NCBI GenBank assembly: GCA_963714085.1 | Contig: OY970229.1 | Coordinates: 128,001 to 192,000, forward strand | From: an uncultured Candidatus Micrarchaeota archaeon | GTDB lineage: Archaea; Micrarchaeota; Micrarchaeia; Anstonellales; Bilamarchaeaceae | Direction of reading: 5' to 3' | DNA: 64,000 nucleotides | Shown here: positions 1 through 9,588 of the stretch, piece by piece | Position numbering within the stretch: position 1 is the stretch's first letter | Layout: each line of letters begins with the position of its first letter | The notes under the pieces: generated by a model | Databases searched by the model: none | What the model was told of the DNA's origin: nothing | Seen by the model: only the letters and a program-made list of their open reading frames with translations | Made by a program: the position numbers and the translations under genes

Positions 1-13
1 CTGGCCCGAGCCA

Positions 14-556
14 ATGCGCTCCCGCGGGGAATACGCCATCGAAGAGGCCAGGGCCGTGCTCGGTCATGGGCAATCGAAAGCGATCTTCGGCAGCCGGGAA
101 TTCGCCGGGGTGTTTTACCCCAGCTACGCCAAGGTCCTGGGCATCCTGGAAGAGTTTACCACGCCCGGGGAAGAAGCGAATGATGAAATAACGAGGATGA
201 TCAACTTCGACTCGTTCTGCATCTCCACGCACCCCGGAAGGACCGACGCTGGCAAGAACTGGGAGCTCGCGCAGGAGAAGATGGCCGCGAGGGTCATCTG
301 GTACATGAAAAACAATCCTTTCGCGAACAGCGGCTTTGACCGCTGGCTGGACATAGTGGGGCCGCTGGAGATGCCAGACGGCTTCCATTCCATCGATGAG
401 CTGGGCAAGCTGGATGGGGCCGACAGGTTCCACCTCCTCGTCTCAGTGCTGAGCATGCTGAAGGGGGACGACAGGCTGCACCTAGTCAGGACAGGGATAC
501 CGGTGGAGCTCTACCTCAACGGCGTGATAACCAGGCACAGGCCGGGCGACGACTGA
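14..556 (+). CDS. Hypothetical protein, possibly 5'-truncated by the window edge
   Basis: 180-aa ORF; the frame is open back to the window start; no motif recognised. Confidence 0.55.
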   Translation: MRSRGEYAIEEARAVLGHGQSKAIFGSREFAGVFYPSYAKVLGILEEFTTPGEEANDEITRMINFDSFCISTHPGRTDAGKNWELAQEKMAARVIWYMKNNPFANSGFDRWLDIVGPLEMPDGFHSIDELGKLDGADRFHLLVSVLSMLKGDDRLHLVRTGIPVELYLNGVITRHRPGDD

Positions 557-599
557 TCCTGCGTGGAGGATCAGGCCCGAAGTGAATGTGTCAAAAGAA

Positions 600-626
600 G
601 GTAAGACATAATTTTATAAAAGGTTT
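600..626 (+). promoter_or_regulatory. TATA-containing promoter block, copy 1
   Basis: GGTAAGACATAATTTTATAAAAGGTTT, identical to 1935-1961; TTTATAAA lies about 25-30 bp upstream of the ATG. Confidence 0.7.
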
Positions 627-642
627 TCAGCAATAGATAACG

Positions 643-1884
643 ATGGCAGAAGGACCAGTTCATTCACCTCCAATCGCAAGGCCGGCTGCGCCCAGGACGC
701 TGTTGGATGTCGTCAAACGCCACGCGCCAGAGATCCACGAGCGCATCGCAGGGCCGAGAAATCCGGAACTTGATGCGCTCTCCTATATCGTGAAACGGGC
801 CATGGCCTCCCAAAGCGAGGACGACCCCGCGCTGAGGTCGCAGATACACTCGCTGCCGCCGGAATCCATCGCGACGATACTGCTCAAAGCATACCGGCCC
901 AAAGAGAGCTACGCCATAATGATGAGCGGCCCGGAGATCATCGAGTTCATCGCCCGCTGGAAAGGGGACGCGGAGAGCATCCCATCGCCCTGGCCCGCGT
1001 GGTTTATCCCGAGCCGGCCAGCTTGCGGGGAAACAAGACCCGGTTCTTTGCAGTCATTCGCGGAATTTGTGGAGAGATGGCATGCTGAACCGAAGCCCGG
1101 ATGCGACGCGGACCCCGAGGTGGCGTCCTCCGAGTTTTCGGCTGTTTTCGCCAATGTCCTGAAAGGCGTGGAAAGCCTGGCCGCCAGGAACTCCGGACTG
1201 CTCGCGGGGCTGGCCGCGGACGCGTGCGAGTTCATCGCCTGCCTCCTGGCCACGCAGCCGGAAGCCGCGGCCGCACGTTTCGTGATTACGGACATGTTGA
1301 TCGCGGATAAGCGCACCATCTCGGATATGCAGCCCGAGGGAACGTATGCCGACATCGGTTGCGGAATGAGCGGCGTCGCCTGCATGCATGCGCTGGACAG
1401 GCGGCTTGTGCTGGTCGACAATGACGCGCTGATGACCGGGATCCTCGCGTCATACGCGCGGAGGACGGGCAGGGGGAATGCGGAGGTCAGGAACACGGAC
1501 ATCACCTCGGGCACCTGCGATGAGGGCTCGTTGGGATTGGCGAACGTGGAATACGTGCTCCATTACCTGTCCGAGGGGCAGATAGTCGATGCGATACGCA
1601 ATCTGGCCCCTGCGCTCGCGGACAACGGGCTGATGCACATATGGGAACCCGAGGAAGGATGCTGCAGATTCGAGAGCCCGGAGAAGATAAACGCGATAAG
1701 AATGGGGCTGGCGGGGAGCGGCCTTTTTTTCTTTGAGAGGAGGATAGAACTGCGTTCCATCTGGTCGCCCTTGGTCAGGTCGAAATGGGACGTCGAGTTC
1801 GTCGCCGCGAGGAGAAGGGAGGAGCTTGAGAGGGCGATGGCTGTGCGGGATTCGGCGTTGCAGTCGCAGGATCCGGATCCTTAG
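643..1884 (+). CDS. Class I SAM-dependent methyltransferase with long N-terminal extension
   Basis: Motif I ADIGCG, LVDND, YVLHYL, LADNG. Confidence 0.8.
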   Translation: MAEGPVHSPPIARPAAPRTLLDVVKRHAPEIHERIAGPRNPELDALSYIVKRAMASQSEDDPALRSQIHSLPPESIATILLKAYRPKESYAIMMSGPEIIEFIARWKGDAESIPSPWPAWFIPSRPACGETRPGSLQSFAEFVERWHAEPKPGCDADPEVASSEFSAVFANVLKGVESLAARNSGLLAGLAADACEFIACLLATQPEAAAARFVITDMLIADKRTISDMQPEGTYADIGCGMSGVACMHALDRRLVLVDNDALMTGILASYARRTGRGNAEVRNTDITSGTCDEGSLGLANVEYVLHYLSEGQIVDAIRNLAPALADNGLMHIWEPEEGCCRFESPEKINAIRMGLAGSGLFFFERRIELRSIWSPLVRSKWDVEFVAARRREELERAMAVRDSALQSQDPDP

Positions 1885-1934
1885 CCGCGCGCCGGAGAAT
1901 TCAAAACCAACCCGGACGATATGTGTCCAAAAAC

Positions 1935-1961
1935 GGTAAGACATAATTTTATAAAAGGTTT
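1935..1961 (+). promoter_or_regulatory. TATA-containing promoter block, copy 2
   Basis: 27/27 identical to 600-626. Confidence 0.7.
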
Positions 1962-1977
1962 CCGCCAATAGATGATA

Positions 1978-3135
1978 ATGGCGATCATACGCACTGCCCA
2001 TTCCACTCCAGGCCCAGCGCAATCCAAGCCGGAAGCCGTCCGCGCACCGGGGATACTCGAGCCCATCATCGGGCAGAGGAGGCGGGGGCTGGACGAACTC
2101 TCCAGCGCGGTGAAGAGCGCCATCGCTTCCCAGCGCGGGGTGGATTCCACACTGAGGGAGCAGATAGACTCGCTGTCTCCGGCATGCGTCGCAATGATCC
2201 TGCTCGGCACATACCGGCCCAGGGAGACTCATGAGCTTGGCATCAAAGACCCGGAAGTCATGGCGTTCGTGGCTCGCTGGAAATGGGGCGGGGAGAGCGT
2301 CCAGCTGCCTCTGCCCCGGCTCGATGAGACTTCCGGTGAAGGGGACATAGGAAAAGTTTTGGATTTCATCAAGGTCATGGCGGCAAAATCGGCTTTTTTC
2401 AACGAGGTCGTGGAAAGGATCGGAAAGCTGACCGCGAGGAACACCGGACTCCTGAGGAGGATAGCCGCGGACGCTGGCGAGTTCCTCTCCTGTTTCCTGA
2501 CAGAGCAGCCCGAAGCCGCTGGCTCGCAGTTCAGTTTCGAGGAGGTGTCGTTCGTGAACAAGCTGCGGATATCCTCCATACAGCCGGAAGGGGTTTTCGC
2601 GGACATCGGCTGCGGCGAGGACGGCCTCATCTGCGTGGACGTATTGGACAGGCCGCTCCTGCTCACGGACAAGAACGCGCTGGTGACCGGGATGCTCGCG
2701 TCCTATTCGTCGAGACAGGGCAGGGAGGACGTGGACGTCAGGACCGACGACATCGTTTCAACGTCGTACGAACCCGGCTCCCTGGGACTGATCAACATGC
2801 AGCTCGTGCTGCATTACCTTTCCGAAAGGCGGATAGCGCGTGCGATAGGCAACCTGGCCCCCGCGCTCGCGTACAACGGGCTGATGCACATAGTGGAACC
2901 GGAAGCGGGATGCTGCGGCTTTGACAGCCCTGGGAAGATAAGCGTGATAAGGAGGGAGCTCAGAAGGCACGGCCTTTTCGTGGCTGAGGGGCTGATGGAA
3001 GAGAGGAACCACCCTTCGTGCCGGTTGGAAAAGCGGTCCATCGTGGAGATCGTCGCCGCGAGGAGGGAGGAGGACTTCGGGAGAACCTCGGCCACCAGGG
3101 ATCCGGACGGGTCCTGGAAGCTTGGCGAAAGTTAA
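1978..3135 (+). CDS. Class I SAM-dependent methyltransferase, paralogue of 643-1884
   Basis: ADIGCG, VLHYL, NLAPALAYNG; start chosen by alignment with the duplicated promoter. Confidence 0.8.
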   Translation: MAIIRTAHSTPGPAQSKPEAVRAPGILEPIIGQRRRGLDELSSAVKSAIASQRGVDSTLREQIDSLSPACVAMILLGTYRPRETHELGIKDPEVMAFVARWKWGGESVQLPLPRLDETSGEGDIGKVLDFIKVMAAKSAFFNEVVERIGKLTARNTGLLRRIAADAGEFLSCFLTEQPEAAGSQFSFEEVSFVNKLRISSIQPEGVFADIGCGEDGLICVDVLDRPLLLTDKNALVTGMLASYSSRQGREDVDVRTDDIVSTSYEPGSLGLINMQLVLHYLSERRIARAIGNLAPALAYNGLMHIVEPEAGCCGFDSPGKISVIRRELRRHGLFVAEGLMEERNHPSCRLEKRSIVEIVAARREEDFGRTSATRDPDGSWKLGES

Positions 3136-3169
3136 AAAAGCATGACGGGGTTAGGTGAGCAGTGGTGAA

Positions 3170-4084
3170 ATGCCCCCTGCCAAAAAAATCTGGATGAACG
3201 GTAAGTTTGTGAACTGGAAGGACGCTCATGTCCACGTGCTCACCCACGCGCTCAACTACGGGACCGCGATATTCGAGGGCATACGATGCTACGACACGCC
3301 CGACGGACCGGCCGTGTTCAGGCTGAAAGACCATCTTCATCGGCTGCACGACGGCATAAAGTCGTACGAGTTCGAGTTCGACTTATCGATAGATAAGATG
3401 TCCGCCAACGTGAAGAAGCTGATACGCATCAACAAGCTCAGGTCCTGCTACATCAGGCCGATATGCTATGTGTCCAGGGTCGGCATCGGGCTCGACACTA
3501 GGGGCTCGTCCTACGGATTCGCGGTCACCGCGATCCCCTTCGGCAAGTACTACGGAACCAAGTCCGACAATGGCATCACAGCAATGGTCTCGAGCTGGAG
3601 GAGGATAAAGGCCACGATACTCTCCCCGCACGTGAAGGCGAGCGCGAACTACATGAACTCCGTGCTCGCGAAAAAAGAGGCCATGGAAGAAGGTTTCGAC
3701 GAGGCGGTGATGCTCAGCGACGAGGGCCACGTGTCCGAGGGCACGGGCGAGAACATCTTCGTGGTCAAGGACGGCGCGCTCTACACCCCGCCGCTCTACG
3801 ACGCGGTCCTGGCCGGCATAACCAGGGACTCGCTGATGAAGGTCGCGAGGGACATGGGGATAGCGGTCTACGAGCAGTCCATGCTCAGGGACGAGCTTTA
3901 CACCGCGGACGAGGTCTTCCTGAGCGGCACCGCGGCGGAGATAACCCCGGTCAACCAGGTGGACCACCGGAGGATATCCAAGGGCCCGGGCCCCATGACG
4001 AAAAAGCTCAAGGACACGTTCTTCAATATAGTGAACGGCAAGGACGAGAGATACATGAACTGGCTGGACTACGTGGGGAAGTAG
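3170..4084 (+). CDS. ilvE: Branched-chain amino acid aminotransferase
   Basis: HALNYGTAIFEGIR, KASANY (PLP lysine), EGTGENIF, LAGITRDS, GTAAEI; GGTGA upstream of ATG 3170. Confidence 0.95.
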   Translation: MPPAKKIWMNGKFVNWKDAHVHVLTHALNYGTAIFEGIRCYDTPDGPAVFRLKDHLHRLHDGIKSYEFEFDLSIDKMSANVKKLIRINKLRSCYIRPICYVSRVGIGLDTRGSSYGFAVTAIPFGKYYGTKSDNGITAMVSSWRRIKATILSPHVKASANYMNSVLAKKEAMEEGFDEAVMLSDEGHVSEGTGENIFVVKDGALYTPPLYDAVLAGITRDSLMKVARDMGIAVYEQSMLRDELYTADEVFLSGTAAEITPVNQVDHRRISKGPGPMTKKLKDTFFNIVNGKDERYMNWLDYVGK

Positions 4085-4113
4085 GCCGGTTCCAAGCCAG
4101 AATGATCCGCGAG

Positions 4114-5112
4114 TCAGTCCGGCTGTGTGTTATTCAATGTGACCAGTATCGTCCTGACCGCCGTGACGTTGTTGGCGTTGTCATTGATATACAGGGTCAC
4201 TTCCGAAGGCATCTGTGCGGCCCCCAGGTCGAATAGGGCAGTGCCCTTGACCTCGGCTTCGGGTTCGATGATTCCGCTCTGGAAAGTGCCGCCGTCGACA
4301 GCGTACTGGTTGTTGTTATAGTCCACTATCCTCATGTCGGAATCGAAGAGGTACGTCGGCTGGCTTCCGCGGTTCGTGACCTGCAGGTCGAGCCGGATGT
4401 ACCGCTCGGTGGCCGCGGGCTGCACCTCCTGGTAATACCCTGCCCGGACGACCGTGAAATCCAGGCCGAGGTTGGTCAGCTCCACATACCTGTTCTGGAG
4501 GACCGAGGCGTTCAGGTAGGTGTCCTCGGGCGTCAGCACATAGACCGCGCAGGCGGAGCCGTTGAGCACGTATCCGCTCGGGCAGCCGCAGGCCCCTGGG
4601 TTGTCCGTCAGCGTGCCGTTGTGGCATTGCTCGGGCTTGGTGATGCTGCACTGGCCGGAGAGCGTGCCGTCGGAGCACCTGAGCAGGCACGTGTCCTCGT
4701 AGGCATCAGAATTCGCCGGGCATCCGCACCTGCTGGCCTTCTCCACGAGATTGAGGTTGAGATCGCAGAACATGGGCTTGTCCGTGGCGCACGCGAGCTG
4801 CTTGGTCCCGTCGCTGCACGTACCGCTGGATACGTTGGCTGCCTTCACCGGGGGGCATTCGGACGGGTTGTCCACGGTCGAATTGTCCGGGCACACGTAT
4901 TTAGTCACGCTGGCGTTCTGCGCTGGCGCCTGCGGAGGACAGTTGGCCAGGTTCGTGACGATCGTCCCGTCCGGGCACGCATACGTCTGCACCGGCGCCT
5001 GGGGCTGGACCGTCTGGTTAGCCGGAGCCTGGCTTTGCATCGTGCAGCCAGAGACGAGGATCCCCATAAGGAGCAATACGCACACCACGAGGTTCGATGT
5101 TGTCGGTTTCAT
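4114..5112 (-). CDS. Cys-rich surface lipoprotein with C-terminal Ig-like (DUF4352-like) domain
   Basis: Hydrophobic signal plus lipobox VSGC; repeated CPDG/CSDGT and CGCP units; beta-rich C-terminus (LQVTNRGS). Confidence 0.7.
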   Translation of the reverse strand: MKPTTSNLVVCVLLLMGILVSGCTMQSQAPANQTVQPQAPVQTYACPDGTIVTNLANCPPQAPAQNASVTKYVCPDNSTVDNPSECPPVKAANVSSGTCSDGTKQLACATDKPMFCDLNLNLVEKASRCGCPANSDAYEDTCLLRCSDGTLSGQCSITKPEQCHNGTLTDNPGACGCPSGYVLNGSACAVYVLTPEDTYLNASVLQNRYVELTNLGLDFTVVRAGYYQEVQPAATERYIRLDLQVTNRGSQPTYLFDSDMRIVDYNNNQYAVDGGTFQSGIIEPEAEVKGTALFDLGAAQMPSEVTLYINDNANNVTAVRTILVTLNNTQPD

Positions 5113-5219
5113 GATACCATAAAGAAGTCAAGCGATTTAAATGTAACGTACGCCCTTTCCGGGCCCGCAGCACCGCCACTTTTTAAAACCCAACTAACCT
5201 AACCCCATAACTTAGCGAT

Positions 5220-5333
5220 GGGGTCATGGGCTAACCTGGTAGACTGAAGCCTTCGGGTGGAGCTTCTGACTTGCAAAAAAAGTCCGAGCTTCAGTAAAAG
5301 GCTTTGATCTGTGTTCAAATCACAGTGACCCCA
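5220..5333 (+). tRNA. tRNA-Pro(CGG) with ~41-nt intron (about 5258-5298) at position 37/38
   Basis: Acceptor GGGGTCA/TGACCCC, anticodon stem AAGCC/GGCTT, anticodon CGG 5254-5256, T-loop TTCAAAT, TTTTAAAA upstream; intron has a GGAGCT/AGCTTC stem. Confidence 0.8.
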
Positions 5334-5390
5334 ATTCCTATTTCTCTCCGTCCGCACCCAAAAGCTATTTTAACCAGTTTCAAGCCTAAT

Positions 5391-6614
5391 ATGCGCATGC
5401 AGCTCACCCCGAAGATATCGAAACTGAGCCCCGAGCTCATGGAAAGCTTCATCGAACTGGGCAGGAAGCTCGGCATGGAAGTCACCACCAATACGTCGAT
5501 CGCGTTCTTCGAGCTGGAGGACATAGAGAACGCGAAGGTCCGCAAGCACGCGGAGAAGCTGCTCAAGAAGGCCGAGGAGGAGGTCAACGCGCTCTCGGCC
5601 TCGAGGCTGTCCGGGATGCAGGAGGAGCGCGTGCCGGCCATGCGGCAGGACAAGCTGCGGCGGGTCCTTCCGGGAGTGCGCGAGGAGCCGGCCAGGCCGT
5701 CCAGGCAGGCCGAGATCGTGGAGGAGTCGAGGATGCGCCTGCTGCAGGGGAACAGAAAATTCGTCTCCGAGTCCGGCGCGTTCCGCGCAGCCCCGGAGCC
5801 CACGGAATACAACGCCATAGTAATAACATGCAGCGATGCGAGGTGCGAGATAACCAGGGTCGAGGACTACGGCAGCGGCATGCTGGTGCTCCAGGTCGCT
5901 GGGAACGTGGTTTGCGACGAGGTCAAGGACGCGCTCTCGAAACTCGCCAAGGGGGGCGAGATCATAGTGTGCGGCCATGAGGACTGCGGCGCGTGCAAGG
6001 CCAAGAAGGACAAGCCTGCTGCGAGCGACGGGCTGCTCGGCAGCGTGAGGATAGAGCGCAAGGGCACGGACGACATATTCGGTGCCAACGCGCTCAACCA
6101 GGCGGACATCATCGCGGCACTTCCGGAGGTCCGGGCGAAGAACGCCAAGGTCAGCACCGTCCTTCTGGACAGCAGGAGGCTCTCGCTCCTCTCCGGGGAC
6201 CCCCACGGTTTCGTGGAGCAGCTGCAGACCAGCTCCATGGCGCTCATGCGCGAGGACAGGGCGGCCGGCAAGAAGCTCTCGCACCAGAGAGCGCACACGA
6301 TAGTCATCGCGGACCCGCTGGACCTTGGCAGGTTCACCAATCCGCGCAGGATATTCGGCGCGGGCAAGAACGAAATCTTCGTAGTGAGCGCGGTGAATGG
6401 GAAGTTCAGCCCCGAGGCCATCGGCAGCATAGAATACGCGCTCTCCCACGTGGAGGGCCTGAAGGATACGCCGCACATCGTGATACTGCACACGAACAAG
6501 GAGATAGCGGACGAGATGGAGAGGGTGCTCAGGAGGAAGCTAGGCACCAGGTGGCTGGGCATGACCATCATGGTGTACAATCCGAAGAGCGGCGAGGCCA
6601 ACATAGCGATTTAA
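5391..6614 (+). CDS. Beta-carbonic anhydrase-like protein with N-terminal extension and a degenerate second CA-like domain
   Basis: Zn ligands CSDAR and GHEDCG, VAGNV; C-terminal half has IFGAGKNEIFVV and GSIEYAL without the Cys ligands. Confidence 0.75.
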   Translation: MRMQLTPKISKLSPELMESFIELGRKLGMEVTTNTSIAFFELEDIENAKVRKHAEKLLKKAEEEVNALSASRLSGMQEERVPAMRQDKLRRVLPGVREEPARPSRQAEIVEESRMRLLQGNRKFVSESGAFRAAPEPTEYNAIVITCSDARCEITRVEDYGSGMLVLQVAGNVVCDEVKDALSKLAKGGEIIVCGHEDCGACKAKKDKPAASDGLLGSVRIERKGTDDIFGANALNQADIIAALPEVRAKNAKVSTVLLDSRRLSLLSGDPHGFVEQLQTSSMALMREDRAAGKKLSHQRAHTIVIADPLDLGRFTNPRRIFGAGKNEIFVVSAVNGKFSPEAIGSIEYALSHVEGLKDTPHIVILHTNKEIADEMERVLRRKLGTRWLGMTIMVYNPKSGEANIAI

Positions 6615-6656
6615 ATACAGTTCGCCACGTAATATAACTATATACAAGTGATTCTT

Positions 6657-7394
6657 ATGGTCCCAAACCCGAATAGCGGACGCGCTTACGCGTTCATCAA
6701 CTGCACGAAGCCCAAGAGCGACGTCGAGTGGATAGCGAACGACATAAGGGGAATGTTCGCGCAGGAGATACCGCTGCTAGAGCGCATGACCCTGAAAGTG
6801 AACCGGGGCCTCACGTTCCTGAGCGCCAGGGGGCGGATGGTCGAGGCGAAGTCCGAGCTGCTCAAGGTCGTGCGCGATGCCGAGGCCAGGTGCGCGCTGT
6901 TCACGAAGAGGGAAGAGGACGAGCTGATAAAACCCGTGCGCGCCTGTGACCCTGCGATGGCATTGGTCGAACCCCAGGGCCCCATGGCGATAGACGCGAG
7001 GGTCTTCGCAAGCATCCGTCGCCGTGCCGCCTCAGACCTCTACGCGATCCGCGCCTCGCTGCCGAACACGCCGAACAAGACCGTGGCCGACGAGCTAGCG
7101 GCGATAGTGAACCAGATGTACCAATCCCCGTTATACTCGGAAGGCGAGAGGTTCTGGGGGATAATAGCGTATCTCGATGAGGGATCGTTCACAGTTCCTA
7201 TCAAGTCATTGATCGACGGGCCGGTGTCTGAATTCGATTCCCTCCTTCTCCGCGCCATTAACGCCGGGAAGGGAGCTGCAAACGTGGAGGAGAGGGGCGC
7301 ATTCGCTGGTAAGGATGGCAGGGAGTACTCGTTCGAAAAACAAGGCGACGATCTGATCATCTGCAAGAAGAGGGCGTACGTGCTCCGCGAGTGA
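6657..7394 (+). CDS. Hypothetical protein
   Basis: ORF with AT-rich upstream promoter-like sequence. Confidence 0.6.
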   Translation: MVPNPNSGRAYAFINCTKPKSDVEWIANDIRGMFAQEIPLLERMTLKVNRGLTFLSARGRMVEAKSELLKVVRDAEARCALFTKREEDELIKPVRACDPAMALVEPQGPMAIDARVFASIRRRAASDLYAIRASLPNTPNKTVADELAAIVNQMYQSPLYSEGERFWGIIAYLDEGSFTVPIKSLIDGPVSEFDSLLLRAINAGKGAANVEERGAFAGKDGREYSFEKQGDDLIICKKRAYVLRE

Positions 7395-7426
7395 AGATTT
7401 TTAATCGCCAGCGCTGATTCTTGACC

Positions 7427-7639
7427 ATGGACAGGCCAATCCTCGGTCCCGGGACGCAGATGCGCATGGTCGGCAGGACCAACAGCATCGAAGAAGCCAA
7501 TTTAATCGCCGAGCGCTACGAGGCCGAGGGCTACGAGACGCAGATAGTGAAGAAAAAGCAGGCCTCGCTTACGATATACGAGGTCTGGGCCGGGAAGAAG
7601 CCGGACGTTTTCACGGGCGCGCCGAATCAGCGTATGTAG
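7427..7639 (+). CDS. Small hypothetical protein
   Basis: 70-aa ORF with host-like codon usage; TTTTAA upstream. Confidence 0.6.
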   Translation: MDRPILGPGTQMRMVGRTNSIEEANLIAERYEAEGYETQIVKKKQASLTIYEVWAGKKPDVFTGAPNQRM

Positions 7640-7974
7640 GGCATCGGCATGGGCGCCAGCTGCGGCGCGGATTCCGCCTTGCTCTTCCTCTTGCTGTATT
7701 CCTTGCCGAATTCGTCCCATATCTGTTTGCCCAGTTCCCCGCGCACGATCTTGGTCACCACCATGCGCCTCTGGGGCGAGTTGGGCGCCAGGGGCGAATA
7801 GTCCGCGATGATGTAGTCCTTCTCCCGGATGTCCTTGGCTATCCTCCTGTCCACTTCGAGGAGGAGCAGGTTCTCGTCCCACATCTTCACCATGGCCTGG
7901 ACGGACTTGTCCGCGCTGATTATGCCCTTGCCCTTGGGCAGCACTATTTTCATGACCTTGCCTATATGGAACAT
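7627..7974 (-). CDS. Hypothetical protein
   Basis: Starts MFHIGKVMKI; GAGGTG Shine-Dalgarno-like motif and TTTAAATA upstream. Confidence 0.7.
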   Translation of the reverse strand: MFHIGKVMKIVLPKGKGIISADKSVQAMVKMWDENLLLLEVDRRIAKDIREKDYIIADYSPLAPNSPQRRMVVTKIVRGELGKQIWDEFGKEYSKRKSKAESAPQLAPMPMPYIR

Positions 7975-8102
7975 TCTCGCACCTCGTAGAAGAAACGGAG
8001 ATAGGGTATTTAAACAAATGTCTTGCAGGAAAGAAGCTCCCCTTCTCCTCCAGCCGAAGCATTCCGCAAGCAATTTAAACCTGAAGAGGGCTAGCCATAG
8101 CG

Positions 8103-8756
8103 ATGGACCAGGACAGGATCGTGCTCGACAAGAAGGCGTTCGGCGCCCTGGCGGTCGACTCAAGGGTGAAGCTGCTCAAGGCGCTCACCTTGCGCAGGAA
8201 GATGCTGACGGAACTCGCGGCAGAGCTCAAGCTCTCCGCATCGGCCACCAAGGAGCACCTGGACACGCTGGTGGAGGCCGGCCTGATCGAGAAATTCGAC
8301 GAGGGCCACAAGTGGAAGTACTACGCGCTCACAAGGAAAGGCGCGGGCATAGTCACGCCTGACAGGGAGATAAAGGTCTGGGTGATACTCGGCATCTCCA
8401 TAATCGGGCTCATCCTCTCGTCCTTGCTCATGCTCAACTCGCTGCCCGCCAGCGCGACGATGCAAGCGCCGCAGGTCGCGACGGCAGCGGTGCCGGCTCC
8501 CGCGGCCGTAGAGGCGCCCGGGACCAATGCGCAGGCCGGGCCGAGCCTTGGGACCACTGCCATAGAGATCACCAACACGAGCGTCGGGGCGGCCGAGGCA
8601 GCTGCGAACAACGTGTCCGCGGAGGTCGTCCCAGAGGGCCTCGCGGCGCCGCTCGAAGGCAATCCGCCGTTTTCGCCCTACATGGCGCTGTCCGCGCTCT
8701 GCGCGCTCGTCGCGGCCGTGTGCGTGGTCTACCTCGTCATAGACAGGATGCGCTGA
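8103..8756 (+). CDS. Membrane-anchored ArsR-like winged-helix regulator
   Basis: ALAVDSRVKLLKAL...HLDTLVEAGLI...YYALT followed by two hydrophobic segments. Confidence 0.8.
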   Translation: MDQDRIVLDKKAFGALAVDSRVKLLKALTLRRKMLTELAAELKLSASATKEHLDTLVEAGLIEKFDEGHKWKYYALTRKGAGIVTPDREIKVWVILGISIIGLILSSLLMLNSLPASATMQAPQVATAAVPAPAAVEAPGTNAQAGPSLGTTAIEITNTSVGAAEAAANNVSAEVVPEGLAAPLEGNPPFSPYMALSALCALVAAVCVVYLVIDRMR

Positions 8757-8795
8757 AACGAATATTTTTATATGTGCGCTGCGTTAGCCCTGATT

Positions 8796-9584
8796 ATGGC
8801 GGGCGAAGATCTCTGTTGCATGGGCATATTCCTGGCAGGCATAGTGGTCTTCGTGATCATCCCCGCGTTCGTGCGGATAATCTACGACTACCAGAAGGGC
8901 CTCGTGCTGACATTGGGCAAATTCTCCGGCATGCGCAACAGCGGGGTCCAGATCATAATCCCGCTGCTCCAGAGCCTGCGCGTCGTGGACCTGCGGATAC
9001 AGACCATAGACATCCCCAAGCAGGAGGTCCTCTCCAAGGACAACGTGAGCGCGTTCATAAACGCGGTCGTCTATTTCAAGATAGTGAACCCCGAGGTCGC
9101 GGTCTTCAACGTCCAGGACTACCGGGCCGCGGTGTACCAGCACAGCCAGACCGCGATAAGGGACGTGGTCGGGAGCAGGACGCTGGACCAGCTCCTCATG
9201 GACCGCAAGTCCATATCAGACTCCATCTCGACCGCGGTGGACAAGGACGCCCAGGGCTGGGGTGTGGACATAACCGGCATCAAGATACAGGACATCGTGC
9301 TCCCTGACACCATGAAGCGCGCAATGGCCAGGCAGGCGCAGGCTGAGAGGGAGAAGCGCGCGTCCATCATAGTGGCCGAGGGAGAGAACATGGCCGCCGA
9401 GAAGCTGGCTCTCGCGGCGAAGATACTGAGCGAATCGCCGGGCGCCATGCACCTGCGCACGCTGCAGATGGTGTCCAGCATCTCCGCGGACAAGACCAAT
9501 GTGATGAACTTCGTGCTACCGATAGAAGGGGTGCAGATCCCGGACCGGCCCGAGCCGAAGGTGGAGGCCAAGCCCAAGAAGTGA
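8796..9584 (+). CDS. SPFH/stomatin family protein
   Basis: VDLRIQTIDIPKQEVLSKDNV, MARQAQAEREKRA, LRTLQ. Confidence 0.92.
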   Translation: MAGEDLCCMGIFLAGIVVFVIIPAFVRIIYDYQKGLVLTLGKFSGMRNSGVQIIIPLLQSLRVVDLRIQTIDIPKQEVLSKDNVSAFINAVVYFKIVNPEVAVFNVQDYRAAVYQHSQTAIRDVVGSRTLDQLLMDRKSISDSISTAVDKDAQGWGVDITGIKIQDIVLPDTMKRAMARQAQAEREKRASIIVAEGENMAAEKLALAAKILSESPGAMHLRTLQMVSSISADKTNVMNFVLPIEGVQIPDRPEPKVEAKPKK

Positions 9585-9588
9585 TGCT

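Noticed and set aside
553..574. Hairpin CTGATCCT/AGGATCAG as an intrinsic terminator
   Set aside because: No U-tract follows; a single 8-bp stem is weak evidence in an archaeon
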